Origin: Octopus vulgaris
Lineage: Eukaryota
Length of the DNA stretch: 64,000 bases
Direction of reading: 5' to 3'
Assembly: GCA_951406725.2 (NCBI GenBank)
Contig: OX597819.1
Location: 54,250,001 to 54,314,000, forward strand
Within the stretch, counting starts at the first letter, position 1. Each line of letters begins with the position of its first letter. The notes under the pieces were generated by a model. It made no database searches and was not told the origin of the DNA. It worked only from the letters and a program-made list of their open reading frames with translations. Positions 39,784 through 53,800 of this stretch are shown here, piece by piece. Made by a program: the position numbers and the translations under genes.

Positions 39784-42700
39784 CTTAGGGAAAAACTCAT
39801 GGATGTATATATTTTTAATGACACCATGGAAAAATAAAAGTTGAATTGTAAAGAATGGATATGATGATATTAACACAATTCATTTTAGAATGTATGTTTT
39901 GCTATGCTATAATTTTTAGAAGGAAATATTTTGTTGTATGATTACAAGCTCTCAGCCTTTCTGTAAAGTAAGAGTAGTACCTATTTCTATCTAGCAGATC
40001 AAATGATATATACTGGCTGAAAATAACATGCAATCTCTGAAGGAGTTTGGCTTTTGGCTCAGTCATTCCATTCCAGTCTATTCAGTCATTATATTAATTA
40101 CTGTAATTGCTTCTCAAACTTAGAAAATTAGCTGTTTTCAGTATTCCATCAGAGTAAATTATTTTTGTGTTTTGAAGACAAATAAAAATACTTCTTTTTT
40201 TTTTTACTGTAATGTGTTTTTTTAAAAATCATTTTTACTTGTCTTTTTACTACTTACAAATTGATTAGATTTGCAGCTTCATCTGTCTCTAAATTTACAT
40301 CATGCCTTGATCGCCATAGAAGCTGAAAGCCTCTGTTTTGTTGTTTGTAAAAGCTTTTCATAAATGATCTCACCTATTTTGGTTTCATAGCTGATGTTCA
40401 TATTTTATTGTAAAATTGACATCATATATCTACAGTACCCTAAAATTCAAAATTAGATCCATTGCATTATAATTTTTTCACTTAAAGTAATTTAAAGTAT
40501 TCATGTATATATAAAGTTGTTGTGGGCATACAAATGTGTGTGTGTGTTAAAAGCAAAAATGTAAAACAACTGTAAAGCTTAGCTGTCAGCAGCCTTTCTT
40601 CTAATCATTCGAAATTTCTGCTCTATATTTTCGGTTAAGTTAAACAGCTGGCAACGCCTTGCTTTGGTTATATATTTCTTGACTAGCAGGATTATCTAGT
40701 ATCACCTAGGAGAAGTTAGTTAAGTAAATTATATTAATTTAGAATAATACCAGATCTGTTCAGACAGTGCTGTGTAATCTATGCAAGGAAAGGAAAATAA
40801 ATGATCATTAAAATAGCTTAGCCAACTAAATTTAATCATGCAGCATAATAATGGCGGTGGTGATGATGGATTGGCAGAATTACTAGTGTTGCACAAAGTA
40901 CTTTGTAGTTCCTTACATTCTGAGTTCAATTCCATTGCAGTCACCCTTTTACCATTCATCCCTCCAGGGATGAAATGTAAAGTATCCATCAAATACTGGA
41001 GTCAATCAACTACACCCCTCCTCCTTATTTTCTGGTCTTCTGCTAGTGATAGAAATTACTGAAGATGGGGAATTGGTAGAATTGTTAGACAAACTGCTTT
41101 ACAGTATATGCTCTGGCTCTCTACACTCTGTGCTCAACATTGTCTTTCATCTTTTTGGAGTCAATGAAATTACGTATCAGTCAAGAATTGAGGTCCATTT
41201 AATTGATGAACACCTCTTTTAAATTTGTGACCATGAGACTATTTTAGAAATAACTATTATTGTTGCTGTTGTTATTGTTAAAAGATCAAATTATATACAT
41301 TTTGTAAATAATATTTGAAGGTCAGTTGCAACCAAAATGTTGAAGAAAGAAAACAATGATTTATAGACTACTGTTGATGAACTTGAGGTACCAAATATTG
41401 AGATAAGCAATCAATATCAGCATCATCAACATGGGATGGATGCATCTGTAAAGCAACATTGCTTCCTGTCTCCTCGTCCTATGTCATTTCATTAGACTGA
41501 CCTAATGGGCATTTTACTAATCTCAAAGTTCTCAGTACACTTTATTTGCATTTACAGGAACCCTCTGTATTTGTCTTAAATGAGCCAGTGTGGAAGCCCC
41601 TATATGGTTGCTTGACTCAAAAGAAATAACTCCTTGAATTCACACTCTACCAGCTTCAGAAATAATAATGGGGAGGGGCACATTAAGTAATGTGGTCTTA
41701 AGTGCCTTATGCCTGGGGGGGGGGGGACCGAAGATAGTCCCTGTGATATCACATGGAATACCTTTCATCATAGGCCTATGGACTGATTTGGGGTTAAACA
41801 ATAAATATTGGCTAAAATTATTCCTTTACAGTGTATTATCATTGTTACAGTAACCCAACTGAGACCACTTCTAGTTAATTTTTGCTAAATTATCTATGCT
41901 AAATTGTTTACCTTGCGGACACAGATATGGATATGTGTTGAAGAATCTTGCTTTGTAACCATGTGAAATCAGGTTTGATCCCACTATCCAGCAATCTAGG
42001 AGTCTTCTTATAACCTTGAATTGGCCAATATTTTGTGAGTGAACTGAAGCTGCTACAGAAGCCTGTTGTGTGTGTCTTTCATTATTATTTAATGTTCCTT
42101 TTTCCATGCTGGCATGGGTTAGATGGTTAAACAGGAATAAATGAGCCAGAGGGTTGCACCAAGCACCAATGTCTACTTTGGCAGTTTTCTACAGCTGAAT
42201 GCCAACCAATTTACAGTGTATCCAGGGTTCTTTTGTGTGTGTGTGTGTGTGTGGCATCAGCACTAGTGAGGCCACCAAGTACCAAGAGAAAAGTGATAAA
42301 CTGATGCTTATCAACAAAAGAAAAATCATTTTTACCATATGTTCTGCCTGATTTGAACAGATATTCCTTTATTCTTGCCACTATAAAAGCATTACTAGTA
42401 ATTGAGCTGTTGAAATCTGCAATCATTGACACTATTGTTCACAAAATACAAAACCCCACCAAATCTGAATTGAAACTGTCATAATTAAAAAAAAAAATTT
42501 GATACATTTCAACCAACATCATTAAAATGAAAAAGATATACTAAATCTTTCAAAATTCTTATTTTAAAAACTGAAACATGTAGGCAATAGATTTTATTTG
42601 AAATTATGTCACTTTGTGTTGTAAACATTGACCAATGTCTTTGATGCCAACCTATTTTGTCGAGTCATTTGCACTCAAGATTGTTTTTTGTTTAACATAG

Positions 42701-44701
42701 TCCTCCATTTGTAAATACCTACATTCATTGTCTAACAGCTTCACTTTCATATATATGCCTCATAGTATTTGCTATTTAGAAAACTCTTGCTGCTGCTAAC
42801 TGAAGTAGCAGTTTTCTAAATACTTTGGCCCACTTTGTTGCATTGTCACTTCTGACATCTACCTCCAGTACTAATTATTTCACTTATCAGAATTCACCTA
42901 CTGCTTCTTACTGTCAATGGTTTTTCAGATCAAAACTGTTGTGGACTCAATAACTGGTAGTTCATGGCTGTTCCAGTGAATGTAGATTTGCTTATTAAGC
43001 AATGTTTATAAATATCAAATATTGTCTTAATTATTGTTTGTAATAAATTTGACTTATGTACTTTAGCCAAACAACTGAAATATATTATGCTCAATTAATT
43101 TATACCTTTTTTTTCATATGCAATATGTCTTTTTCGAAATGATACAGAATGAAATTAATTTCAATCTTTTTCCTCTAAAACCTTTATTATTTTATCCAGG
43201 GTTGGTTATATATTTTGTGATTTACATTCATTGTATATTTGTTGTATGTTTAAATGTGCAATTGTTAGTATTGATGTATTCTGCATGTTTCTTTAAAAGA
43301 AATGTTTTTAATTGTTGCGTCAGTATTAAATATGGCTGGAAGAGAGCTTTGATTTTATTCAGAGTAGTTGTTTTTTCATAGCAAACGTTAACAATTGGCA
43401 GTATGAAATATGCACTACAAAATCATTTTTGAAAAAATGGTTAGATGTTTACAAATTTAGATATTTGCATTTGCAACATATGCTTAGTACTTAGTACTAT
43501 TTAATTCTAAATGGCAAATGAAATCTATTTTCAGCTAAGACAAGTAATGCTTCTTGCCTAAGGATATAGCGCAGTGCTAATGGCCAGTTTTTAGCATTTG
43601 TATTTGTAGTCCAGCTTACCCATACAACTAGCATAATAAATTTTAAGTACAGTATCTATCTATAGTGTCTTTATTTCTGAAAGACGTTAATCTTAGAATT
43701 TCTAGTTTAGTATTAAAAACTGATGAAGTGTAGTTATGCTCTGAAATGAAGTAGAGACTAATATTATTTCAGTAATGCCTTTCATCAGAGTATTGCCCAA
43801 AATGATGGCATCTTATTGACAACATATACTTTTTCAGTTTTTAATCCCAATCCAATTCTTGTTGATGCAAGTCATCACTAGTCTCCCAATTCAAGTGATG
43901 ACCCCTTTTGCTCAGTAGTCTAGTCAGGCATCTTAAATGATAACTTAACTGTCTTTTACTGAAATTTCCCTTTCTCTGAATTCATATTGAAAAAAGAAAT
44001 ACTATTATGCAGTTGTTAAAATAAAGTTATCAGTGTAATGTAGCACATTTATTTCATCTATATTATTTCCCCTAATTTTTTTTCTTCTAAAGTCAAAAGT
44101 AAAACTATTTATAATTATTTTATAAGAGTGTTATTTTGAGGAGGTTTGATATATTTGTTCTGGTATCTTTGTTTAACATTTTTGTAAGTGACATATCTTC
44201 GTTTTTTTTTTTTTTTTTTTTTTTTTAGTAAATTTCATATGCACTGACTTTGAATTCTGTATTGTTTCTCTGAAAGAGTTAAAGTACGTTGCATGAAAAT
44301 TGTATTTGTCTGTAATTTATGCTGCCATATGTGGAAATGATTTTGGCTTTTAAATTAATCATTTTTGTCATTTTCTTTTTATCGAAGCAGTAAATTCATT
44401 TGTTTTGGAAGAGTATTTCATTGGTTGATATACTGAAAAAAATCTCTCCATATTGGTGCCAGTTCTGTGCATGGCAGTGAGTCGCTTTCTTCTGCTTGGC
44501 TTTTATCAGTGATATTGTGGTCAGTTTCTCAGGGCAGATAAAATGGCAGCATTGCTCCTGTGTTTGCTGCTAGCTGCATGACATGTTAGAATTGCTTTTT
44601 TGTAGTCATGGCTATGGTCAAAGTATATTCAGCTGGGTCACTTTTGCTGACTTTGACTGGAAGAAGCTTTCACCTGCTTCTTATTCCTCTACTATTTCCA
44701 G

Positions 44702-44824
44702 AGGATGCTGATGACTCAGAACCATTACCTGTATCCACCTCAGCTGATGGAGAAGCTGAAGGCAATAACAGTTCACCCAAATCTGAATCGAAAGTCACAT
44801 CTCCACCACAGTCAGAAGCTAAAG
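44702..44824 (+). CDS. Coding exon B (123 nt, phase 1-1): (E)DADDSEPLPVSTSADGEAEGNNSSPKSESKVTSPPQSEAK
   Basis: Acceptor cttcttattcctctactatttccag, donor AAG/gtagct; in frame with exons A and C. Confidence 0.9.
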
Positions 44825-46773
44825 GTAGCTGTATTCACTTGCTGTTAATATTTGAAACTTGAATGAGTTTGCAAGAGAGATTTCTCAGCAACTATCCTAA
44901 TCTTACTTTTTAACAGACCCATCAAAGACTCATATGTATTTCTTTTACTTTTTTTTCTTTCTTTTCTTCTCCCTCCTTTTTTTAACTGTTTTTTCAGTGG
45001 ATTAACTTCTTGCTTACTCATATTAATCCTTGTATATACAAGTTGCATTTTTAGCTTCATATTTCTCAGCTAATTTTATTTTTAGATTACTAAACATTTA
45101 ATCAGTTGCAATCAATCTGACAATTTCTTTCTAACCAGTGTCATCATCATCATCATCATCATCATAACAATGATAATAATAATAGATATTATTTGTAGGA
45201 CATACGTTCTAATCATAATATCTATTATTAGATATTACTAATTTACTTTCTTGTGTGTAGCTATGAAGTTTTGATTTCCTGTTTGCTTTCTTTTCAGTTA
45301 ACATTAGGGGCAAAATGAATTTTTTAACTATTTTGATTTCATTGTTTTTAAAATACCCTATCCTTTTGTTGATAACACCAAATTTGATGTAGATATGATT
45401 ATGCTGACTGCATATTTCTCAAGATTTAACAAAAAAGTGAAAGTATTAGTTTCCAGAAACTAAAATTAGACTAGGAAATTGGTTATAGAACCCTTAGTTA
45501 CATACCTTTTTAATTTTTATATTAAGCAACTATACAGATTTGAAGTTTTTTTTTTTCATATAACAAACTCATGCTCAAACCAAGATTTCCTACACTTTAG
45601 GTTTATGGAGCATGAAGACATTTTTACTACTGCTATTTCATAAAGATATTTACTATCAATTAACTTTTAGAACTGATCTTTCATATTTATCATATTGTTT
45701 TTACATTAAACATTTAAAAAAAATTTCTATATAAATGGAGAATCTATTTTTAATCTGAACATATTTCTCTTCATCCATTCATCTTCCTAGGAAAGCAATT
45801 TCTACTCCAAAATCTTTGATAGTTTAAATTAAATATCAATATATTTAGTTGTAGAGCCAATATATTTATACAACAAATTGCTTTTCACCATGCACTTACT
45901 AACTAAATCAATAGTAACAGAACATTTTAATAATCTAGTTGCTATATGTAAAATGAAATACATGTATATTTTACATGGGTTCTTGCAAATGACAATGCTT
46001 TGGTGCATGGTTACAAATAACAAGTGTCAAAATTGAGAATATTGAGTTAAAAAAACGTACAGGTTGTTTATTTGCTTCCTGTTGATAAGTATTGTACAAG
46101 TATTACTGTGTGTATATGTTTTTAAATTCTTAATTAATGGAATGGTACAATAACAAGTTGGCAAATAGTAGAAATAACCAAAAGCAGTTGTTGTATTTAG
46201 CTGCATTCATTTTGGATTTGATTTCAAACCCCACTAGAGTTAACATCTTTTATTTCTTTGTCAGTAAAATAAGTATCAGTAACGTTTTGATGTGGATTCG
46301 AATGGCCATACTCTTTATTTTACCAAATTGGCCTAAGTTAGGTCATTTAAGTAATGTTATTAATTAATAATTGATATTATTAATTCATTCAAAATTTGAA
46401 TAAATCTTTTGCATTGTCATTATCTGATGACGTGGCGCAAGATAGGTTAAGAGTAGCTTGTTTCAAATTACATATGTAAAAAACAAGTAAATGAACATAA
46501 ATAAAAGAAAACTGCTTATAAGTACAAATAAATATATTCAGTGTCTTTTAAGTGGATCATCATGTTGACAATCGTATTTGAATGATGTAGCAATGTCAGT
46601 AAAAGCAATATTTTGAATTTCATGCAGCTTTCACTTCCTTAGTATTTTCATAATTACTTTTTTAAAGCATTGATATTTTTATAATGATGTACTATATTGG
46701 ATAGTAACTCCGTTAATGATAATTGTCAAGCAAGTGTAAGAGGTGTAGTACTGCATGGCTGTACGGCCCCTAT

Positions 46774-46922
46774 GAGCATTACCATAATAAGAGATCACAT
46801 ATGTGACAGTGAACATTATTCTAGCAAGAGAACATTTCACATGTGACAGTAAACACTAACAGAGCAAAAGAACGTTTTGCATGTTATAGTGAGCATTACC
46901 CAAGTTAGAGAACATTTTACAT
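46774..46922. repeat. Diverged ~40-bp minisatellite, ~3.7 units
   Basis: Units such as gaacattattctagcaagagaacatttcacatgtgacagt and aaacactaacagagcaaaagaacgttttgcatgttatagt. Confidence 0.8.
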
Positions 46923-47624
46923 CCAATTCTCTGCACATTATATATTAGACTCTCCATTAGGGTAAAGTTCATGTATTAGTCTATTTCAGTAGCCTATGGA
47001 TATGGTTCCCATTTTATAATTTAGTACTAAATTAATTTGTTTATCCATGCTATATTCTATAAGATCTTAAATTTTTTCTGACATCATTTAGAGGTTCAGG
47101 GATTTAAAGAAGAATATTGATTAATGAATTATGAGCTGTTGTAATTAATTACTCATTAGTTAACTTAATTTAATTTTAATATTTAATTTTATCTCTTCTA
47201 AATTTCTTTCTCTGTAATATGTATGGCTTAATTTTGTATATTTTTATCTTCTCTAGAGAAATATACAAACAATTACAATTGTTTGTTTCTGTTAATGTTT
47301 TTATATTTAAAAGTATGTTGTTCTTCACTAATGGCACTGTTGTTAATTTGTTTTTTTTTTGTGTTCTTGGTTTAAATGTTCCAGTTCTTAATCTAATAAT
47401 TAGTTTTTTATTTTGTCTATTCTTTAACCTGTGCTGGAACCTTGTTTTCCTTGATATTTGCAAAACCAGTTTTTTTCTCAGTTTCTGTAGTTTGATGTTC
47501 TGATATTGGAGGTCTTAGAAAATTAAAGAGAAATAGTTTGGAAAAGAATATAATAGAAGTTGCTGCTGATCTGAGAAATTTCAGCTTATCATACTAATTG
47601 TAGGGGAATTTTTACGGCTTACTT

Positions 47625-47834
47625 CTTGTTGGCCATATCAGACCCAAATATTCTACCTGTTTTATGCTCAAACCAGCCAGGTCTGGCCTCTTACACACCT
47701 ACTCTACAATATCATTCTAAAAATAAACAATCCTATCATTGAAATCATGAAGCTATGAGATAATGTAAGATTAATTCAAAACAATGTGAATAAGTATCAC
47801 ATTTGACAGAGTAATCTAAATATTAAAGGGTTAA
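47625..47834. mobile_element. TTAA-type MITE (same family as 30406-30761), unrearranged
   Basis: tgttttatgctcaaaccagccaggtctggcctc...tcattctaaaaata...gctatgagataatgtaagattaattc...taaagggttaa. Confidence 0.8.
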
Positions 47835-49124
47835 AATGTTTTCTCTTTTAGACAATATAACACTGTTTTAATGCATCCAAGTAAGGGTGATTGTGGAAGA
47901 TAGTGGAATGTTTTTACAAAAATTATATTTTTGTTTCATGAGCAGGAAGAGCATTATTGACCAAAGAGAAAGTCTAGCCCACATAGTTTCATTATTCCTA
48001 AAACTGATACCTTACCAATTAGGCAACACTTATTTTAGAAAGTCAACAACAAATACTCTGAAGTGTTGAAGTGTTTACACTGGAACATTTTAAGAGTGTA
48101 TCAGTATGTCTGTGCACACATGCAGATATACATGTGTGTAATGCAAAGAATTTCAGAGCAAAGTGTCCTGTCAGCTGTAATGGTAATTGAATCAAATATT
48201 GTACACAAGTAGGAATAAGGAAATTGGTTCTTTTGATGGCATTTATAAGAGATATTGTAAATTTAATATATTTGTTATCAGGTAAATATTTTCATTTCAA
48301 CTGATAAAGCTTATGTACTGAATGCTGTTACACCTGGAAATATTAAATTATAAAAACTAATATTTTAGATGGGGGAACAAAAAACAAAAAAACATTTACG
48401 TGCAGGCATGGTTGTGTGGTTAAAAAGTTTGCTTTGCAAAACCACATGTCCTAAGCTGATTAATGCCTTATTAGTGAGTTTGAGAGATAGAAAGTCCATC
48501 ATGTGTGTCTGAGTGTGAATGCTTACTTTCTGTGATTGCATGAAAAATCCCTGAACTACAGCCACTGGTGTCTGTCATTTCTTTGTCAATAAATCATCTG
48601 GTAACTCTGCACTTTCGAAGACTAGTAGAATGACAGCTCCCTTACTTAAAAAAATAAGTAAGAATTAGTGGCAGGAAGGGCATCCATCAATGAAATAATG
48701 CCTCAACATATGTTCATCTAACACATGCTAGTATGGAAAAAACAGATGTAAAGTAAATAGATGAGCAATTTCTACATCCAGGATATCAGCTTTATCTCAT
48801 CATGTTATGAAGTTAGTGTTTAAAATTCTGCTTGTGAATTATACCATTGTGTATTGCTCTAATTACTGTACCTTTCTTCTGATTAAAATCTTTTCTACAT
48901 TAACCATTGATACATCTCTGTATTTCCGTTATTTATAGATGTTACAGTCTTCTGTCATACTCATTCCTCCTCCCAATATCTAAATGACCTTCAGAGTTCA
49001 ACTCCAACTTTATTTTGGCATAATTGATGTATCTGAAACTCAATGCCAACCACTTGTGATACAATGTGTATTAAATAGTCTTTATAATAAGCTGTATTAC
49101 ATATCATTCAGTATTAATTAATAG

Positions 49125-49470
49125 GTGGTTGTTTGGTAAGAAGTTCACTTCCCAACCACATGGTTCCAGGTTTAGTCCCATGGCATGGCACCTTGAGCGA
49201 GTGTTTTCTATTATAGTTTTCAGCTGATCAAAGCCTTGTGAGTGGATTTGGTAGATGGAAACTGAAAGAAACCTATCGCATATATATATATATATATGTG
49301 TGTGTATATATTTGTCAGTGTTTATGTCCCTGTAACTTAGCAGTTTGGTGAAAGAGACCAATAGAATAAATACCAGGCTTTAAATAAAAAAAGTACTGGG
49401 ATTGATTCATTGAAAATTCTTCAAGTTGGTCCTCAGCATAGCCACAGTCTTACTGAAACTAGTAAAAGAT
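49125..49470 (+). mobile_element. tRNA-derived SINE (family B), near full length
   Basis: Colinear with 3183-3527; internal (TA)n(TG)n. Confidence 0.8.
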
Positions 49471-50729
49471 AGCATATATTAGAGTATAATTTTTGGTATC
49501 TCTCTCCTTTAACATATTAGGTTAGTTAAAATATGTTTATGACACTTTAACTTCCAAAAGCAAATTCCATAGAGAAAAAGTTATCTCTTCTGGTAAAAGG
49601 TATAAAAACACCATACCTATCCATTGCTTCCCTCTAGTGGATTCTCAGCAGCACATTTATGGCTTTTTAGCCTCCTTCAATGGGAAATGCCAAAGAGAAA
49701 TAACCATGAGCAGATTCAAAGCTGTAGATTTGACTACAGTGAATGGGTTGTGCTAGTGGACCTTTTGGACAGGATAAAAATAACAGCACCAAGCAGTGAT
49801 TAGGAATAAACAAACTCTAGGTTCTTTAAAATATGCTTGTGACATATTTTGACTAAATTCATTTATTCCTAATCACTGCTCTCTTTCTTTCTTGCTATAT
49901 ATATATATAGCAAGTGAATTTTCTGCTTTATTTCAATTTTGTTATTTTATATAAGGTCCTGGAACTTTAAGTGGAAATACGTTAAACAATATGTTATTAT
50001 TTAAAATCGGACTTAATGCAGTCATTTGGTAGAATCATGCTCATTTGGTTATGGCTCTTTACATTCTGAGTTCAACTTCTGCTTTTATTCTTCCAGTGTT
50101 GATAAAATGAAGTACTGGGGTTGATGCAGTTGACTAACTCCCCCAAATTCCAGACTTTGCGATTATATTAGTAATGATTATTGTTAATGTTAATTAATAA
50201 GCTCTTCATGTTGTAGAGAGCTGTAGAAACATCAAAAGTCCATTTACAAAATGAAGGTTACAAAAAAAAAAAAAAAAGGAAGTCTATTTACTTATCCCCA
50301 TTGAGCAATACATAACACTAACTTAAACTGGATGTTTTCAGGATACTAAAACTGCTTTTTTTTTAAAGTTACTAAAATTGCTTGATGATACTTAAAATAA
50401 ACGGAATTTATAAGTTTTTGTTTAATTCAATGTATTTATTTCAGCTCTACCTATGAAAATAATATCTATAAAATAAGCTATTTAACACACTGAGTGGCGG
50501 GCCACCCAATAGGGTGGCCTAAGAATAACGTAATTTGCAATTTCTTCCACTTTTTTGTGCTATTAATCTCAAAAGACATAGGTTCTGCTCTTCCCTTAAC
50601 TCAGCCATAAAAAAAAATTAATTTTTATTCTCTAACTGATGCTATCTAATTCTTTGAAAACTACTGTTTTACATTAGGGTACATATATTCTATTGTATTT
50701 AATCACATTAACTATATATCTTCTTGTAG

Positions 50730-50813
50730 TCTATGAGATGGAAAATGAGAAAGATGGTCTTTTAGAAAACCAGTACACTAGAAATGATGGTAAAACCTAT
50801 CAGACACCAAAAG
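50730..50813 (+). CDS. Coding exon C (84 nt, phase 1-1): (V)YEMENEKDGLLENQYTRNDGKTYQTPK
   Basis: Acceptor atcttcttgtag, consensus donor AAG/gtaaga, open frame. Confidence 0.88.
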
Positions 50814-53800
50814 GTAAGAAAACTAACTGCTTATGAAGTTAAAATTCTATTTTTCAGTTTTTCAAAATTAATTAAAATATGAATGGTGAAAAATGTTCAG
50901 ATATTTTGATATTTTGATTTAGAATAACAATTTTTTTTTTAAAAACTCAATGGTATCAACCTACAAGTAAAGTATGCTTTTAAACAAAATAAAAAGGAAA
51001 ACTTTGGGAGACATTTGAGTGAGATTTATAAAGAGCATTTGATATTTTTAAAAGAAACCTCAAATGTTTTCTTTAGTTTTTAAATTATTTATTTCCATGC
51101 ATATAGCTGACACTACTATTTCCCTTGGATTACAATAAACTACCTGAATTTATTTTCATTATAATTATCCTGAATTTATAAAAGAAGCATGTTGAATCCA
51201 TTAATTTATAATTTTTTTTTATAGAAGATTTATTTTTACTTAAGCTTTACATCTTGAAAATTTTGGATTATTGGGGAAAAAAATATGATTGAAGAGCATG
51301 CTATTTTTGAAGTACATAGATTTTTGACTTTTAATTCTTCATAAATAACTATCATAGGTAACATTGACATAAGGAAATCTGATTTATATGAACTTATTTT
51401 TATTTGGTATGTATTAAATTTAATATTTAACTTTGATTCCAGTTTAAGGAGATATATTTGAAATTTTCTCAAATTAAAGAGACCAGCTCATTTCTGTCTT
51501 GTGGAATTTTTTTGTGTGAAGAATTCATTTTGGTTGTAATGTTCACTTTGTTAAAATAGTTATCGGAAAATTAAACACTTCGTCTGTTGATAGATCAATT
51601 GATCTGTTTCTTTCTATTTCTTTCAATCTGTCTATTTTTATTTGCTTCTATTTCTTTTTGTATCTGTTTCAATCTGTTTCTTCCTATGTATTCCTGTTTC
51701 AAATATTTCTGGTTCTGAAAGGAAGACAAAATAAATCATTACATTAATGTTAGCTTTAAATTAATATGTATGAAAATATTACATTAACTTTTCAAACTTA
51801 ACATCATTCAGGTTTGGTTTTAACTCAGTTGTCTTTCATTAAGCCATTTTCTATTTATTTCTATTATTTGCTTTTTTTTTTGTCATGAAGAATATTTATT
51901 ATATATTTATTCCATACCTACCAAAATAACTGGCAGACAAAACAAATAATTAAACTCTGTGTAATTTAGCAATAGACCTATGAATTATAAATGTTAACTT
52001 TAGTACTATACTAGTGGACTAGTTAAATTGAAACTTGAAATGAGAAACTACTAAAGAAGACTTATTTTTATTATAAAAAAAATAATGGTTCAAAATAGTT
52101 GTTGAATTATTCTAATTTTGAATGCTAATATATATATGTGTGTATAGAAAGAACTAATGCATCGTTTATAAATAGTTTCCTTTCTTGTCACTTTTTAATT
52201 ACTTTTGCTTGATAATTATGTCCAATTCTCTGTTTAAGATTATTGATGCAATTCATTGTTTCTTTGTCACAGTGCATGGGTCTCTTTACAGTAAATTTTG
52301 TATTTAATTTAAATCTTTGCATTTTTACAAACTACTCTGTATTTTATACTGTTGATTATGTTGTAATCCTTGTTGTCTGTTGAAATGGCTCTTTATACAT
52401 TATGTAAACTCTTGCATGAAGCATTTTAATAAATGGTTTGCATGTTTTTACCTCAATAATTTTACATTATAATTGAACACTGTACATTTTGTGGGCTGCC
52501 CTTTCACTTTACATTATGACTAGTTGTTAGGAAATTAATGTACAATTGCTTTATTATTATGGCTTTTAGTATTATGCTATTAGTCTTTTAATCCTATCAG
52601 TTTTTCTAGGTCTATGTGGTATGATCTGCTGATTGTTTTAGAATACTTCAGTACTAACATCTGTAATGACATCTTTGAGGGAAGTAATTATAATGTACTC
52701 TAAACCACTCATTAGAAATATTGGCTGGTGTATTTATATTGATTATATTTCTGCAGTGTGGGGTTTACTAAAATCACTCTGTTTATTAGAATGAATAACT
52801 TAAATTAACTCCATGTTCACTTTTGAAATCCTAAAATAAAAAAAAATTTTTTTTTCATCACTAACAATGATATTATTTTTTATGATGCTCATAGTAGTTT
52901 CCAGAAACAACAATTTATTGAAATAGCTAAAGAAAACTGAATCATATTTCTTATATTCTTAGTAAGTAAAATGAAAAGCATTGGTTTCATAGTAATAAAA
53001 AAAAAGAAAACAAGATAGTTACAACAGAAAAACTATATTGAAGTGGATGGATATCTTTTTTGATGAAGAGTAAAAGAAAATTTGTTGAAAATTATAAGTA
53101 AATTTTAATATCTAATTTTATATTTTAATTAGATTGAGCAGCAAGACTGTTGATTATGCTGAAAATTAATATATTGTAAGCTGTCATGCTATTCTTTGAA
53201 TAATTTATATTTTGTCTTGCATTTCAAAACTTGATTGATAATATGAAAGGGAACTCACAGAATATCAAGTGTTCTACAAGACTGTTTCTAAGCTTTTCAT
53301 ATGTATTTCCATTATATTTCAAGGTTCATTGAAAATTTTTCATTAGAAAGTAGCTGAAAAATAAATTTTAAAAATAGAGTTTTCTAAGTTTTGTTTCTTT
53401 TTCTAAATTGGCATAGTTGGAGTGGATTAGAAAATCCCATATCTCTAGTCATTCTCATTTGTTGTCCTTTCCTTAGTGCTAATCTTTTTACCTTAAACTT
53501 TGTCAGTTTCAAATAGAGTATATTGATTGACTTAAGCATATAGTTACTCTTCATAATGTGGTGTCTGAATAGAGCCACTTTGTTACTGAAACAGTCATAA
53601 AATTCCTACTTAAAATGTTAGTATTTGTAGACATGTAGATAAAATACAAATTTATTTTTTTTAAAATCTAGACTGCATTAAGTTGGTTAAATATATGACA
53701 TACTGATGATAAACACTATTCAGTTTAAAGCAAGTATGAAACAGTGTATGTTGTATCAAATACACTATTATATTTGATGTCTACTTTGCATTTGACTTCT

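Noticed and set aside
43720-43775. CTGATGA...GAAA hammerhead-like core
   Set aside because: Stem II depends on G-U pairs and stem I cannot be formed. It is probably chance or a decayed remnant.
44229-44296. Poly-T plus AG acceptor followed by an open phase-1 frame (VNFICTDF...)
   Set aside because: The peptide does not look like coding sequence, there is no phase-compatible donor, and poly-T runs are common here
46774-46922. 40-bp periodic repeat as a repeat-spacer array
   Set aside because: The whole unit is homologous between copies, so it is an ordinary diverged minisatellite
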